Origin: Phoronis australis
Taxonomy: Eukaryota; Animalia; Phoronida
Assembly: GCA_002633005.1 (NCBI GenBank)
Contig: NMRA01000040.1
Coordinates: 17,362-81,361, forward strand
DNA: 64,000 nucleotides
Direction: 5' to 3'
Below the pieces are notes generated by a model. It worked only from the letters and a program-made list of their open reading frames with translations. It did not search any database and had not been told where the DNA came from. The position numbers and the translations under genes are program-made. This document shows, piece after piece, positions 50,301 to 63,794 of this stretch (position 1 is the stretch's first letter; each line of letters opens with the position of its first letter).

Positions 50301-51202
50301 AGCTATCTTGAGTTCTTATTTAAGTAGAACAGAAAATGTCAAAAGTAGTTTAGAGTTCGATTTCCAGTACAAAAATATTAGATACCGGCAGGGGCCCTGG
50401 TCTTGGCAAGTCCAACAGACTCAGTGGTAGACATAATGTGTACAACTTGAAAACAGTCAACAGTATACCAAGCAACGACTTCATTGTTTAAAACTGTTAC
50501 CAAAGTCGAATTTTACATATTTTGCCTCTACTACCTGAGCAACTGCATACTTAAAAAACGAACAAAAACAGACCAATTCAACAGTTTTCAGACAAAGTAT
50601 CTAAAACGAACCGAGAGATAGTATATTCACTAGACTGTTACAAGTCTCCACAGAAATCGCAAGAGTGTCGACTAGTCATATTTTTTACCGTGAAATTCTA
50701 ATAGTCTAAAGGATATCTACATTTCCTGCTGAACTGCAACTTCCTGCTTGCAAATACTAAAAAAATTGACAAAACAACTGAGAAAAGAGTGGGTAAAGGG
50801 GTGAAAATTGACAATCCTTCACATACTAAAAATCAAGTAAACGCCATTCATAATCTCCACAAGCAGCACAAATCTTAAAAAATCCCAGATAACCCAGCAG
50901 GTGCCAATTTTTGCTAAAAAAACTATTGAGTGCCACCTTAGTGAGACCGGAAGTTCTTCCACAGTTGCTGGAAATGAAGTGTGTGCCGTGATGGTCAAGC
51001 ATCCTAAGTGTGACCGAGGCAGCGAGAAGCTTTACTAAATATTAAAATTGAAAATCACAATATACACACCATGGGTGTTTCATGCACGGCAAACGGAGAC
51101 ATCCAAAACTTTTGCTCATCATAACTAACAATGTCATCTACGTAACGTGCCAAGTCACTGTGGCAAGTTTGTACTTTGTACAGGTTTCGCTATCAACAAT
51201 CG

Positions 51203-51843
51203 TCACTTGTTCAGCTGACCGTATCCAAAGTCTCCGTCTCCTTTAGACCCTTTTTCATCCTCCCTGGAATTGTCAGTACTATCCACACTCTGTGCGCCAA
51301 CCATCGCCAGCGTAGGATTCTGGGTCACCATGTACGCGGGCGGGGCGACAGGAACCTGACCGAATCCTATCGGTTGGCCACCACATCCAGAGGTTGGCAT
51401 TATTACCTGTTGTTGGTTTGGTTGGACTGGGGCATACACAACGATCTGACCGGCTGGCGAGCGTTGGCCGCAACAAACAGCCCTGCAACAGAATGCTGAA
51501 CATACAATAGAGATGATGAACTCCACGAGGAACACAATACCCAGAAACGAATCCAGGGCAAAAACGGCTTCATGGAAGTGCCACTGAGTATTACTGATGA
51601 TTGAGGAAATCTGTATTGAAAGTCCAATGAACGCCAGCACAGCAGAGATGATGCAAAGGACCATCAAGGCAATGATGTTGCAGTTATTCTTGTATTTCCA
51701 CGAAGTAAAGCCAAGAATACTTGTGACGATGAACATTAGCCCACACCAGATACCAGTTCCGATGAAGCCAATTCCAGGCGAAAAGAATATCAAACAAATA
51801 CCTAACACCACACCAAAGCAACCGGCCACCAATTGGACAATAC
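51203..51843 (-). CDS. CD20-like/MS4A-family four-TM membrane protein, intronless over the visible part, 5' end lost at the N gap
   Basis: Four hydrophobic segments: IVQLVAGCFGVVLGICLIFF; GTGIWCGLMFIVTSILG; IIALMVLCIISAVLAFIGLSI; LGIVFLVEFIISIVCSAFCC. These are followed by a Pro/Gln-rich tail with PPAY; stop at 51203-51205. Confidence 0.85.
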
Positions 51844-52875
51844 NCTCGGATTCGACCTTTGCGGGAATCCTAAACCCCCCCGTTACTGAAAACGTAGATC
51901 CGCCCCTGCATGTATCAAGATATTTGCGTTTGATTTCATTTGGAATTGTTCCAGTTTTCACCCAAAAGGTGGTGGCTTTACGTCTCTATACCGTAAACTC
52001 AGCACACATTGGTGACTTATAACTAAGTGACCAGCGCGTCACAACAAACAAGTCCGCATGGTGCCCCCAGGGCCGTGTTCAGAATAGGTGGGTAACATAA
52101 TGTTTCAAATCGCCAAAAATGGCTTGGTAATGGACAAGGTCAAGCACAATGCATGACTCATTGTGGTTTATTCTACTGTTGTATGTGGTGATACCAGGGC
52201 ATAAGTAATACTACTGCTTCACTATTGACAGAATGGACTTGAAAAGGGGAAACATTAGTAAGGATGAACATGCCCCTTTTCGTGAATTTTTGTTCCAGAA
52301 ACATTATAGCCCTGTTGTAGTTGTTGTTATTATTCTTGTGGTCAACTCCATAAACCCGCGGCCTGACGTTTTGATGGGATTCTTCAACTACAGAAATATT
52401 TTTAACCACCTGAACCTGAAACCGAGTATAGGAAGAGAAGCCACGTTGTCAGAAAATGAGTAATTTATAACGACTGTTTTTAAAAATATAAGTAATATTC
52501 AAAACCTTCTGTAGATTTGTGTAATTATAAAGGAACCCGTTTGTCATAGGATTTTGATTTCTCAAAGTGAATCATTTTGTCGGGAGAGAATTTCGTCGGA
52601 AAAAGCAACCTTTCGATCGTACTGATTTCTGTCAAGAAACGCAAGCTTTAGTATGGCAACTGCTCGTGAAAAAGTCGTCCTTCCGTGCACCATCTCCTGT
52701 ATACCTCTTTGGTGGGAGTACCCCCCGGAAATGGGTTTCACTACGTCACGGCACAACACTTCGTTCACCCATGGTTCCCCCAACCCTCCTGTGATTATGG
52801 GATTGAATCGAGTGGTTTGCCGGGGTTGAGTAGGAACATTGCTCTTTGCACTGTGTGCCTGCAGGCATAACTATA

Positions 52876-53096
52876 CAGAGGCGGATCTACAGGAGGGTTC
52901 AGGGGGTTCAAACCCTCCCTCGGGATAGGATCAAAAATAAAAATTGAAAAAAAATCGCCAGAAAAACGAAATCAGGTACTAAAAACCACAAATAATCTTA
53001 CACGGGAGGAGGGAAACCCTCTCCCGACCTTCCTTCCCCTCGGCGCTACGCACCTCGAATCCTAACCTCACTACTGAAAACGTAGATCTACCAATA
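52876..53096. mobile_element. MITE with CAGGGGCGGATC-type termini
   Basis: cagaggcggatctac...gtagatctaccaat. A right end of the same family is at 51845-51908 (actgaaaacgtagatccgcccctg). Confidence 0.65.
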
Positions 53097-56000
53097 GTGA
53101 CCGTTCCACTGATTCTGTTTTTACTTATTGAGTGATAAAAGTGCTGAGAATTCCCGTTGGATTTGGTCTCATTTCGCGGCGGCACCGACAGCATGGCGAC
53201 TTTTGCTGAACTGAAAGGCATGTTCAACCGGCTACTTTGTAATTTGTGAAGGTTTGACGTTGATACATTTTGACAAACGCTGCTACAAAAAAGGAACTCT
53301 GTTCAATTTTCACGTTCTTGTGCAAAAATATTAGGAATATTCTAATTATTTTACTTTGAATTTCCCATTCAGGTGATCTTACACTCGACTAAAAAAAGTT
53401 GAAATATTTTCTGAAATGTTTTTTTTTGTTTGACAGCCAACTGCTCTTCAAAGCTTGATTATGTACCACAAAATGATTCATATTTCTCTAAATTTTGTGG
53501 CAAATTTGTGCTTTGAAGTCGTGTTTTGTAACTTGTTGCTTTCTTACTTAAGGTTATCAACAGAAGGCAACAATATTATATGAAGAATCTTAATAAAAGA
53601 AATAGGCTATGTTGGATTGTGAATCTTCAAGCCTCCAATCCTTGTTCCTTGCAGCTTCATATTTTTTAAATCATGGTTGTGGAATTCTGGTGTAAGGAAA
53701 TACTAGTCAGTCGCCATGGTAATAGTTATGTGCATGCAAATTTAGTCAAGAAAATTTTGTGCAGTTGGATACCGTTTGTAATGCTTAATGATCTAAAGTA
53801 CTGTGCATTCAAGGTTACTTATGGTAAAAGATTGGATCATTTTCGCTTACACATTATGATTACTGTACTGAGATTATTTCAGTTTTGACTGATGTAGGGT
53901 AGATATAACCCTCAACTACGTTGAAAGTCTTTCACTCTAGAAAATTGAAAGGTCACTTCCTTCGTACTCACCGCTTAAATAAAAATTAACATTTTCTATT
54001 GGACTTATCATCTTTGAGCTATGTCAAGAAATGGAATTGAAAGAAGGTACGCCAGGGATTAATTATCCTATGAAAGAAGCAAAATTTTGGAGGGTTGGCA
54101 ATCTTGTCAAAACTGAAGGTTTTTCGTCTAGTATCTTTTCTTGCCAGTACCTTGGATGATATCTGCTCAATGAAGATGAAAATAAATTTGTGTCATGTTT
54201 GGGAAGTTAATGACTGATTATATCAGTGACGTACATGTACATACGTAAGAGCTATAGACTGTTGCCACTGCATGGGTGGAACATAGAAAAAGTAGTTAGC
54301 CACAACAGAATTACATGTAATGTGACTGTTTTTGACTGAGACAGAAATGAAGACCTCTTTTACGTAAGATACGTTATCATCAAGGAAACTTTTTTCTCAT
54401 CAGTACAAAACATGCTTCTCATTTATTTTTCCAATCTTTTAGTTATCTCATAACTGAATCAGAAATAGTGAAATCAGTCCTCAGCTTGGCACAGCTGAAT
54501 TCATTACAATTGGCAGTACAGGGGAAGATGTACCACTGAAGAAGGCATCACTTCAAGTGATCTGTACTGAAATAGAAAATCAATCAGTTGAAGGCACTGA
54601 TACAACCAAGCTTAAAAGTCATACAGTTAAACATTTAAAATACTCCAGTAACTTGTAATTAAAATTCATGAAAATTCACTTCCTTACTCTTTTTGAAATG
54701 AAACTGGCTTTCACTGTGCAAAATGGCCCTAAAAATAGATATGAAGTGATCCAAAGACACTGTATAATTTGTTTTCTTGGCTGCCATGACAAACCATGTA
54801 GAAGTGGAAAAATCCACAGCTTTCATCAAACTTCTTAAAATTCTTCGTCAGGAAAGTGAAAATTTGACCTTTCTTTTATGTAAAACCATTAAATGCACCC
54901 TCACAGCTGGCGATTCCAATTTGCACAGAGAGCTGAAAAATGCCCGCGGTTTCACGAGACTGGGATTTCTGAACCTGGGCCTTCATTCAAAGGTGAAATT
55001 TCACACCTTAGTGGGCAGAGAGGTAAGACACATTTCTTGTAGGTTTAGAACGTTTATTCGAGAGCATGATACTTTGCTTTTTGTAGCTTAAGATTGTGTA
55101 ATTTAACTAACGAAAATGTTTGAAAATGGAACTTAGGACACTGAAAATGACCGATCCAAAAACAAAATGGCCGACTTCGAAAGCCCTACCAATATTGCAT
55201 GTTGGTCTTGAAAAATCTACCCAAAACAATATTTCTTAATCAATATAATTGGAGTGACAGGGTTCTTCTTCTTCCAAGTACAAGACATCAAATTTAAGTA
55301 CCAATCCTGTGCATAACATAAAAATAACAACAAAACAAAGTGCGGGTTAGTGCCAAGATAAAAACAAGTTTTAGTATTTACACAGTAAGATTGACGTTTG
55401 AGAGGTGGCTTGTGAATTAACATTGTTTCTGATGAAATGACATATGCTGAGGAAGACTAAATAGTCAGAGCTTGCGTAGTATGCAGTGCAAAATATGTGA
55501 GATATTAACGCGAGCACTATAACACACGTACTCACCTTTCCGTATGTTCCGTAACACAAACAGCTTAATCGACAGAGGATTAAAAAATGGCGCAGACGTT
55601 TTCTCTCACCCAACTTGACCTCAAATGTAAACAATCGAAACCCGGGGGGGTACTTGGGTACTCGCACAGAAACGGAAAATGGGGTATGGCGCTCTGATGG
55701 AAAATTTCCTACGAAAAGATGTTCTGTTTAATAGAACCTACGAAGGATTTAGAATTTGATTTGGTCAGGTGACAGACTTTCCAAAACACAGGGGCCAGTA
55801 AAAGAATTTGAAGATGTAGGTGAGTGCATTGAAATTTCACATCAATGTATGCTTCGTCTCCGCCGCGGTGAACGCTCAGTACAGAAGGATTTGACTGATG
55901 ACTCAGGTTTTCCAACTTTTCGTGTAGGCCTGTTTCGATAGAAACAAGGTTCTCCAACCTCTTTCATTTCGAACCGTTGTTTAGCGTTCTTTAGCAAGAT

Positions 56001-56557
56001 TATTTTTGATGTAAAAGGTTGTCTTTCTAATAACCCGGCGGTAATCAAAAGACTGAGATTTGTAATCTTGGGCATAAGGAGGTGAAGCCCAATGAGAGGC
56101 TAGCTGCACGGGGTGTGTAGGGTGGGTACAATATAGAGGTGGTACGGACAATGTCCTCTACACCACACACGGCTCAGTGTTCAGACAAGTGCTCTAAAGA
56201 ACAGAAAATATGGAATCCCAACTGTTTAAATTGCGCAAGAAGTTGCTTCGTTGCGAGTTTGAAATCAATAACTTGCATCAAGGAATGCAGTATTGCATGC
56301 GCGGCGCACCCAGGGGGAGGGGGGAGGCTCGGGGCGAAAAGGTCTGCCTCAGAGAAACAAAAACTCCGAGAAAACGAGGCACTAAAAGACGAAGACGCAC
56401 AGTTTACAGTTTTGAAGGTAGTACCCCGTTTTTTTAGTCCTGCCGATATTTTTTCAGCAAAAGGTCCACATCGACACAAATTCGAGCCCCCCATATTAAA
56501 GGCTGGGGGCGCGCTTGGTTATTGTAGGAAACTCCTTGCTTGCTTCTGTGTAGAAAT

Positions 56558-57660
56558 GCTATGAGTTCGCTAGTATCTCCAAAATAGCAAACCTATATAT
56601 GGATGTCTTCGAACATATCATTCTTAGTCTGTACCCTGGCCACCCCTAGGTTGTGGTTGAGATATGTGGACGACACGTTATATGATTCGCAAAAATGAAC
56701 TCTCTGCCTTCTTCAGGTTCATAAATGAGTTTGATCCTAATATCAAATACACTCATGCAGGAAACCTGTAAAGACGGCAAGCTACCTTTTCTGGACTGTT
56801 GAGTGTCCATGAGGACAGGTCATTTGACAAAGGTTTACCGCAAGAGTACTCACACTGATCACTATTTGCAATTTGTCTCCAACCATCCTCTCATCCACAC
56901 GTTGGGTGTGATTCGCTCATTGAACCACAGAGCTAACACTATGATTTGTGATCCTTCGACCATTTCTGGAGGAGAAAGGTAAACACTCGGACAACCACTA
57001 CTGTGAGTTCTCCTACTCGTGTGGTGATTTCCTACGCCCAGGTCTATCTGACCGCCTCAAGGGAACATTTAAAAAGTTTTACATTTCTATAATCCACAAA
57101 CCGTTTAATTCTCTCCCCATCTAACTGGTTAATGTCAAGGACAAGACCCCAAGGGTAATAAATCATGTGTTGTCTATGGTGTCCAGTGTAAGGATCCCCA
57201 GTGCTCAGACAGTTACGTAGGTGAAACGGGAAGTCCATTAAAATGCTTATAATGTCAAAAACGTCGTCGTCCTAGTTACGGGCACACTTGTGATTCGGCT
57301 ATTTGTAGCCACCTGCATGTGCGCCACTGGACATGATTTCAATACTGATGACTGTGATGAAGACTGGTTCAGGAGTGTAAAGGAAGATCAACATGAGAGC
57401 ATTGAGAGTCCCTCTTTAAATAAAAGAGGCGGTTTAAGATTCGATTTGTCACAACAATGGGATGGTGTTCTGACGTCAATGCCACGCCGTCTGGTCAAAA
57501 CGTTACCAATTGGCCAGAATAACGATAACGTCACAAGCCAAGCTGAAGTCTGTGAGATGTGGATGCAACGTCTCTAATTTTTTGTAAGTTTTTATTCCAG
57601 TATTAGACTCAAACTTTATTTGTTTTCTCAACTGGGTGTCTCAAAATGTTCATGCTTTTA
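56558..57660 (+). mobile_element. Decayed Penelope-like element (RT plus C-terminal GIY-YIG endonuclease)
   Basis: AMSSLVSPKIANLYM; LWLRYVDDT; KLPFLD; VYRKSTHTDHYLQFVSNHP; KSCVVYGVQC..C.DSYVGETG; PSLNKRGG. Many frameshifts; degenerate CTGAAG..AACGTC at ~57543-57572. Confidence 0.88.
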
Positions 57661-58301
57661 TCTCATGTGTTTAACTTTATCAATTGATATGTTGAGTAAA
57701 ATAAACTATTGTTACCAAAATGTGCATATGCTGTCAACTAACTAAAATAATTCCTGAATTTGTTGTAAATGACATGCAATAGACTTCAGCAGGAGACTGT
57801 TTTAGCCATCTTGCCAGAATTTATTCATTTGACAAAATTACATGTTACCTTTTACCAGAATTTATTACATCAAAAATCTTACAAAGTCAACGCATGTCAT
57901 CATATAAAACATTCCTTCTTTACAAGGGTACCAATCACGGAAAGTCTAGAAAATAACTTTTAAGTTAACCGTTTAAAAACGGTTTTCATGCATGGAAAAC
58001 TCAACGCAAATGAAAAAGGCAATTTTATGGAAAGTTTCAACTCTCACTTTGACGTCATGCTACCACTGCACCCATATAAATGTGGGTGCCAACAGTAATT
58101 AACAAAAATTGCTAGCATCTACATTGTGTGGGTAAAGTAACTGATGGAAAATGAAAGTACCCTCAAAAATTTATTAGGAAAAGGAAAACAGAATAGGAAT
58201 GGAAACTATGGGGAAGCACAGGTTTTCTCAAACAACTGTAAAGACAGATTTCATTTTTTGGATGACAAGGTAAAATACTGTCTCAATGTTTTAGTAGCAG
58301 C

Positions 58302-58457
58302 CAGGGGTGGATCCAGGATTTTGAGTTAGGGGGGCCAGGGCAGAGTATTAGCCAGGATTTTGCCCGTCAGACATTCGCACCCCCATACTGCCAAATGGAA
58401 TCTGGGAGAATTTTAGGGGGGCCATGGCCCCTTGGCCCCCCTCTAAATCTGCCACTG
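58302..58457. mobile_element. hAT-like MITE
   Basis: caggggtggatccag...taaatctgccactg, with an imperfect 8-bp TSD gtagcagc/gcagcaac. Confidence 0.65.
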
Positions 58458-59939
58458 GCAGCAACTTTTATCAGCAATACAAAATAAAATCCACAATTGC
58501 AATAACTAAGTATCACCACTTACCATGTTTTTGCAAAGCTGGTGCACTGAGGAGTCTCAGTCAAACTCCAAGATGCAAACCACTATTTATATCATCATAT
58601 TATAAAGCAGCTATGAAACTACCAGCTGTAAACCCACCTGGACTTAATTCCAAGTGGTTTCGAAATGTTTGTTACACCCAATTAACAGAGATTTCTGACC
58701 TTGGAAAGAACTGTCATATCCTTAATTCTTCAAGATCATGCTGAATAAGTTGGCTTGACTCAACAGGTCATATTGCGTGCTAAGTATGGTTTCAAGCGAT
58801 AATTAGTTTGTTCTCCCAGCACCTAAAAATCACATCTAATGTGATGAACAACACGTTTAATTAGGGAAGACAGCATAAATCTACAGTAATACTCACGACA
58901 AAAACGTTAGCAGTTTTCACACTACCATTTTAGCCAGGCAAGTGAGCTGTTCACGAAGGATGATTTTCGCTATCAGTTATTTGCTTCCTCATCACCTGAA
59001 TAGCTTTTAAGCAAAACTGATGTCAAAATGCATCCACTATCCGCCATCAGTTGATAAACAAAGGCCACTTAATCCTGTGTGTCCTTTGAAGTAAGTGATC
59101 TGACTAAAGCGCAAGCAAAAAGGGCAGCAGTTTTGGGGTTACTTAAACTGCCACCAAAGTGCCAACAGGTGACACTCATAACCTTTCACATTATTGCGTT
59201 TTTGCTTCCAGCAAAAATGCGAGCGAAAGTCAAGCGTTTTAGCCAGGTGGTGAATGGGGTATGAGTCACTTTTGGCAGAGAGCAGGTTTATGGCATTTGA
59301 AGAACAATTACGAAATGAAATAGTAGTCTAGAAATCACAAAAAATCTGTCTCACAGTCAATCAAGAAATAATCGAATATTGTACCTTCGCATGAGCCAGA
59401 AGCTGTGCAGTGCAGGACACTAACAAACCGTTTTTGAGCATTGTATACATGAGTCACTGCAACAGGTTAATTGTCCTACATCCAATACGGCTTTGCTCAC
59501 AATCTTCACAATCAAAAATTGTATTCATCAGTAAATAGAGGTAACATGGTTGTTTTAAAATTGCTACTTAACACAAGACAAAAATATACACTCACTCACA
59601 ACCAAAATTTGTGATTACTGGTACCTGAGTAGAGTCGACATCATGGTTGTTCTTAAATTACCAAACAAAAAAGAATTAAGCTGGTTATAAATAACACTCA
59701 ATCAGACAATAATATTTGCATTCGCTTGAACACCAGCATTTCATGTCACTGGTCCACTCCAAGCCTCCAGGTGTCCTTACGTTAACGCGGTGAAACACAA
59801 TCTGTTCAAATCTACAAAATGTCACTGCGGTCAATTTTGGAAACTCATGATTTTTTTACAGTGTCCACAGCCAGACGGGACATGGAGATCATAAGTATGG
59901 CATGAAGCACAAAGCAAATCTCTGAATCACTTGAAGTTT

Positions 59940-59958
59940 TCAGTCCTCAACTCTGGTT
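59940..59958 (-). CDS. MFSD1: Candidate terminal coding exon of MFSD1 (E-T-R-V-E-D-stop)
   Basis: Strong acceptor tattttttttgcag; phase 2 matches the GA|gtgagt donor at 60769. Confidence 0.4.
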
Positions 59959-60764
59959 CTGCAAAAAAAATACAATTAACAGGCTAATTAACCACAGGTA
60001 CAATACCAATAAGAATACTCAACAGTGCAGAATTGTGGGTAACAGCTTGGTTTCCTGTGGCTATATTTCCCAATTTCTGTGATGAAGCTACTGGTCATGT
60101 TCTGCTAACAATTTCATAGAAACCTTTTTAAAAGTCTGTGTTTGACACAACGGTCATGACAGTTTCAATTGAAAGCTGGATTATGCTCATGAAAACTAGG
60201 GGTCATGTGATATTTGATAATAAAAAAATGAAAATTCATGGTTTCTTAAATGATCATATCTTTTCATAAAATCCCTTTGCCAAAGCAATAAGAAACAAAC
60301 TAACGGCTAAACTAACTAAAACGTTGACCAATAGTATGTGAGTGGCAGTGAAGCATTAATAATCTGACCAATCACATGTGAGTGACAGCTGGATATGGTG
60401 TTGAATCTCCAGTACACAGTGACTATAGTCTAGTCTTCGGATGACCACAGAATTTTTAGTCATGGCAGCATGCTAACCCTTCACAAGCAATCGCGTTCAA
60501 CGAGCCATTCCTGAACACCAGTCTCTGTTACGTGCCGCAGATGAGAATTTTTCGACTTCACCTGGATGAAGTGCTGAGGCCTACCCAAGGCTGATAGTAG
60601 TGGTACAACAGATATGACTGGAGCAATGCAGCTTGGGTGGCGCACTGAAAGGCACAATTACATGAGAGCATGTGGTCGGGAGCCCCGCACGCACCGAGTC
60701 ACGTAGATGCTGTGATTTCCAGCTGTAACTAATGATGTAGAAATAGACGTCACACATGCTATAC

Positions 60765-60877
60765 TCACTCTAGTTCTTTCACCATCTTCAGTTTGTTTCG
60801 TAACTTGGCCGACATGTTCAACTTGCCCCCTCTCATGGCGTCCATTAGATACAAGATGGCTCCAAATATCAGAGCGA
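60765..60877 (-). CDS. MFSD1: MFSD1 exon (last TM helix and C-tail)
   Basis: ctctttacag|TC, phase 1. IALIFGAILYLMDAMRGGKLNMSAKLRNKLKMVKELE, ending at a TGA (60765-60767) that overlaps a GTGAGT donor. Confidence 0.85.
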
Positions 60878-62196
60878 CTGTAAAGAGACCACAAATAGAA
60901 TCACTACAGGGTTCTGTTTTATGAAAAGTGAGGCAAGACTTGAGTCAGAAATTTGGCAATACATGTCAAGCAACTATTTCTGAAAATCTTGCTCGCGCAT
61001 AAGTGCTAAGTCTTATAGTAACAAACCACTGCTGGTTACTTAGAAAATTTCCATAAATTATTTCTAGACTTTGACGTGCCCAAAATTACTTGGCTAAACA
61101 TTTATTCAGTAAATGTGAAAAGACCAAATTTCTGTCTTAAGCCAGTTCTCATGAAACAGATCCCCCTGAAGATGTATGTAAGTCATAACATTTCAATCAC
61201 AATTTTGGGCTTGGAGGGGGAAACTAGTCCCACAGTGGCAAACGATTTTGAGGATGGTTGTAAATCCTCCGTGTAATTCACACACAACAGGCCTTTCGAA
61301 ATTAACATGCAAGGTCAGTAAAAATAGTTCTTTGTGCATCCTGCTCTTAACCATACAACTGCTCCAGCTGGCCTATGTAAGCAAACACAGCTTAACAAAG
61401 GGTTTATGTTTTATTACCTCCTATAGGTTTTAAATAGGTCAGCCCAAAATGACAACATTTCTGAACGCATGATCTGAATTATGGGTATCAAAGATGAGAT
61501 TCAAATGATCACGTGACTCACACTTAACTCCCTCTCTCTATGCTGTTCTCATCCCTTAAAACCGCTTCATGTTATGCTACTAAGACAAATTTCTTCAGAA
61601 GCATACTTGTTCTAAAGCAACATCACCACATTCTTATTTTTTTTTGAATTGTGCCTTGGCATTAATCATTGAAATCGTAATATACAAAATATATATACAC
61701 ATGTCCAAATTTTCATTTTAACTCAAAACATTAGGGGGAACAAAACAAATGAAAAAGAAAGGCAAAGAATGCAAACAACCAACCACTTATCAGATCAAAA
61801 ATGTTAATATATTGTAAATAAAATTTCGAGTAATGTCAAAGCGTTTGTGATCTACTTTCTGTCATTACTTGCACTAAAACCAGAATTAGTTACAATAAAA
61901 CACCTTGAATTGCCTCAACACCAAACTGCTTCCGAGGACAAACCTAACATGTTGTGGCAAGCAATTTTATAAGCCCGGCCTGTCAGTACTTCTAAAGCCT
62001 AGAATCTAAAAATCCGTTCTTATCTCAGCAAGGAACAAAACAAGACCGACTTTTACACAAAGTGACTTAAATCAAGCAGGTTTTTTACTGAAAGTGCGGG
62101 TTCATTGGACCCTTAAAATGACCATTCAGTGGAAAAACTTTGTATGCTTAAGACTATGCGTCTCCTCATGAGTTATATTTCAAAAAATCTACTTAC

Positions 62197-62309
62197 TGCT
62201 GAGCCATGCCATGAAAAAGACTTCTAATATCAAATAGCCACTGCTGTCGACGATGATACCAGCTATGAGAGAGATCACCCCTAGACCCAAGTTCTGGACA
62301 GATTGCATT
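62197..62309 (-). CDS. MFSD1: MFSD1 (lysosomal major facilitator transporter) exon
   Basis: 113 bp, phase 2-1, ttgcag|A...A|gtaagt. MQSVQNLGLGVISLIAGIIVDSSGYLILEVFFMAWLS matches the conserved MFSD1 segment as I recall it. Confidence 0.92.
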
Positions 62310-63696
62310 CTGCAAGCAAGAATTAATGAAATGGTGATACTATAGCTGCAACAGAAAATAAATAACAGGAATGCTGTAACCTCTCTTGAATTTCGCACAA
62401 GAACAGTTTCTGAAATTGCAAATTTTCATTTTTCAAAGGCTTTGATTACATAGTTAAAATGTGGAAAATACTAAAAAACCTTAGATTTATGATTGCAAAT
62501 TAGTATCAATACGTTTATTTGTATTAACGGCTTCTGGCCCAAAATACAATAAACAAAAAAGAATTAAACAGGCACATATACACGCAATCAACCCATTTAA
62601 GAGTTGCTCTCGTCTTTTAAGGGCAGAATACACACAATTAACAACAAATATATCTGGATTAATTAGCTAGTACAAACTATGCTAAAGACGAAGTAAAGTT
62701 TTATCGCAACTTCCATTTTTGTCAAGAAATTTATAAGGTTAAAATTTCATATCTTTGCCACATTGTATGCTAAATTGAAGAGTGTTTAAAGTAATAATAC
62801 ATTTTATGAAATGTCAACAAGTACAAGCTGAGAAATTCCATACCTTGTTGGCCAATTCAATTTTCGATATGTTCCTTGTTCACTGAATATTTTCTAAGTG
62901 GACTATTAAATTTTGACAAAGCACGACTTTAAGGCGCAGAAAAGCTACAAGTTCCAAAAACCTCAAGAAGCTGTGCCATTGGTTATACACGAATGTGTAT
63001 CAACGTTTTTCAATCTTCTTGTAAAGCTGTAAAGATCAGCTGCCTTAACATCTAATGCTCTTTGTTCGCATTGCATATAGCATTACGAAACACAAGTTGA
63101 ACATATCTCAAACCAGGCCAAAGAATGTTTGCTTTTACAGTACAACCATAATAATTGCCTCCAAACAGACCCAGAGATATTGCCCAAAAAAGTTGTAAAA
63201 TCAACTAACCTGAAAGGCCAAGTAAACAAAAACCATGGAGCAAAAGTATCAGACTTCAGCAAAAATCCAATTTATTGATGCCAGACTTATGCAAGTTTTA
63301 TAGTTGTAAAATCTATTCCTATTCCAGGCAAAATAATAGCCAAAATTGACCTTTTTCATTTTTGAAGGCTTCTGAGTCAGAAATAGCTGCAATTATACAC
63401 AAGTTCTCAAAACATTTTCTGCTGGTAGCTCAGGTATAGAACGTAAAAATGGGTAAGCATTTATCTAGAGGTACTTGTCTTTTATGAAAAACATGAAGAA
63501 ACAAAATTTCCTTTGTCCTCTATATTGTCTCCTAAATTGATGAGGTTTTTGTCATTTGTGATTAACATGGCAGCTTCCTTTTTATGTAACGAGAATACCC
63601 ACCATTTTTACACACCAAAAACTCAAATAGTCCAATGTTGAAGACAACTATAAACCGAACATCCAAAAAGCAGATGACAATTCCCCAAAGACTCAC

Positions 63697-63794
63697 ATTC
63701 CATATGCTGTTCCAAGCTGGTAGTCAGGCACTAACTGAGCAACGAGTGGCCAGAGGGAGCTGGCAAGAATGGAATACGACATTCCCATTATTGA
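63697..63794 (-). CDS. MFSD1: MFSD1 exon; the gene continues beyond the window end
   Basis: 98 bp, phase 0-2, atttcag|...|gtgagt. SIMGMSYSILASSLWPLVAQLVPDYQLGTAYG splices in frame to the next exon. Confidence 0.92.

Larger units (their letters stand above)
41482..56558. repeat. Old tandem segmental duplication: unit 1 ~41482-48975, unit 2 ~49723-56558
   Basis: Colinear blocks: 41482-42590/49723-50560; 42960-43437/51040-51499; 43480-43868+47346-47530/55365-55930; 48351/55942; 48717-48975/56072-56558. Confidence 0.9.

Noticed and set aside
51844-51961. N-terminus of the 252-aa ORF (MKTGTIP...ESEX)
   Set aside because: It reads through an N gap into a MITE end; it is not credible coding sequence.
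53193-53225. ATGGCG start in good context (MATFAELK), resembling a first exon on the plus strand
   Set aside because: No canonical GT donor consensus and no supporting downstream exons were found; the match is too short to name.
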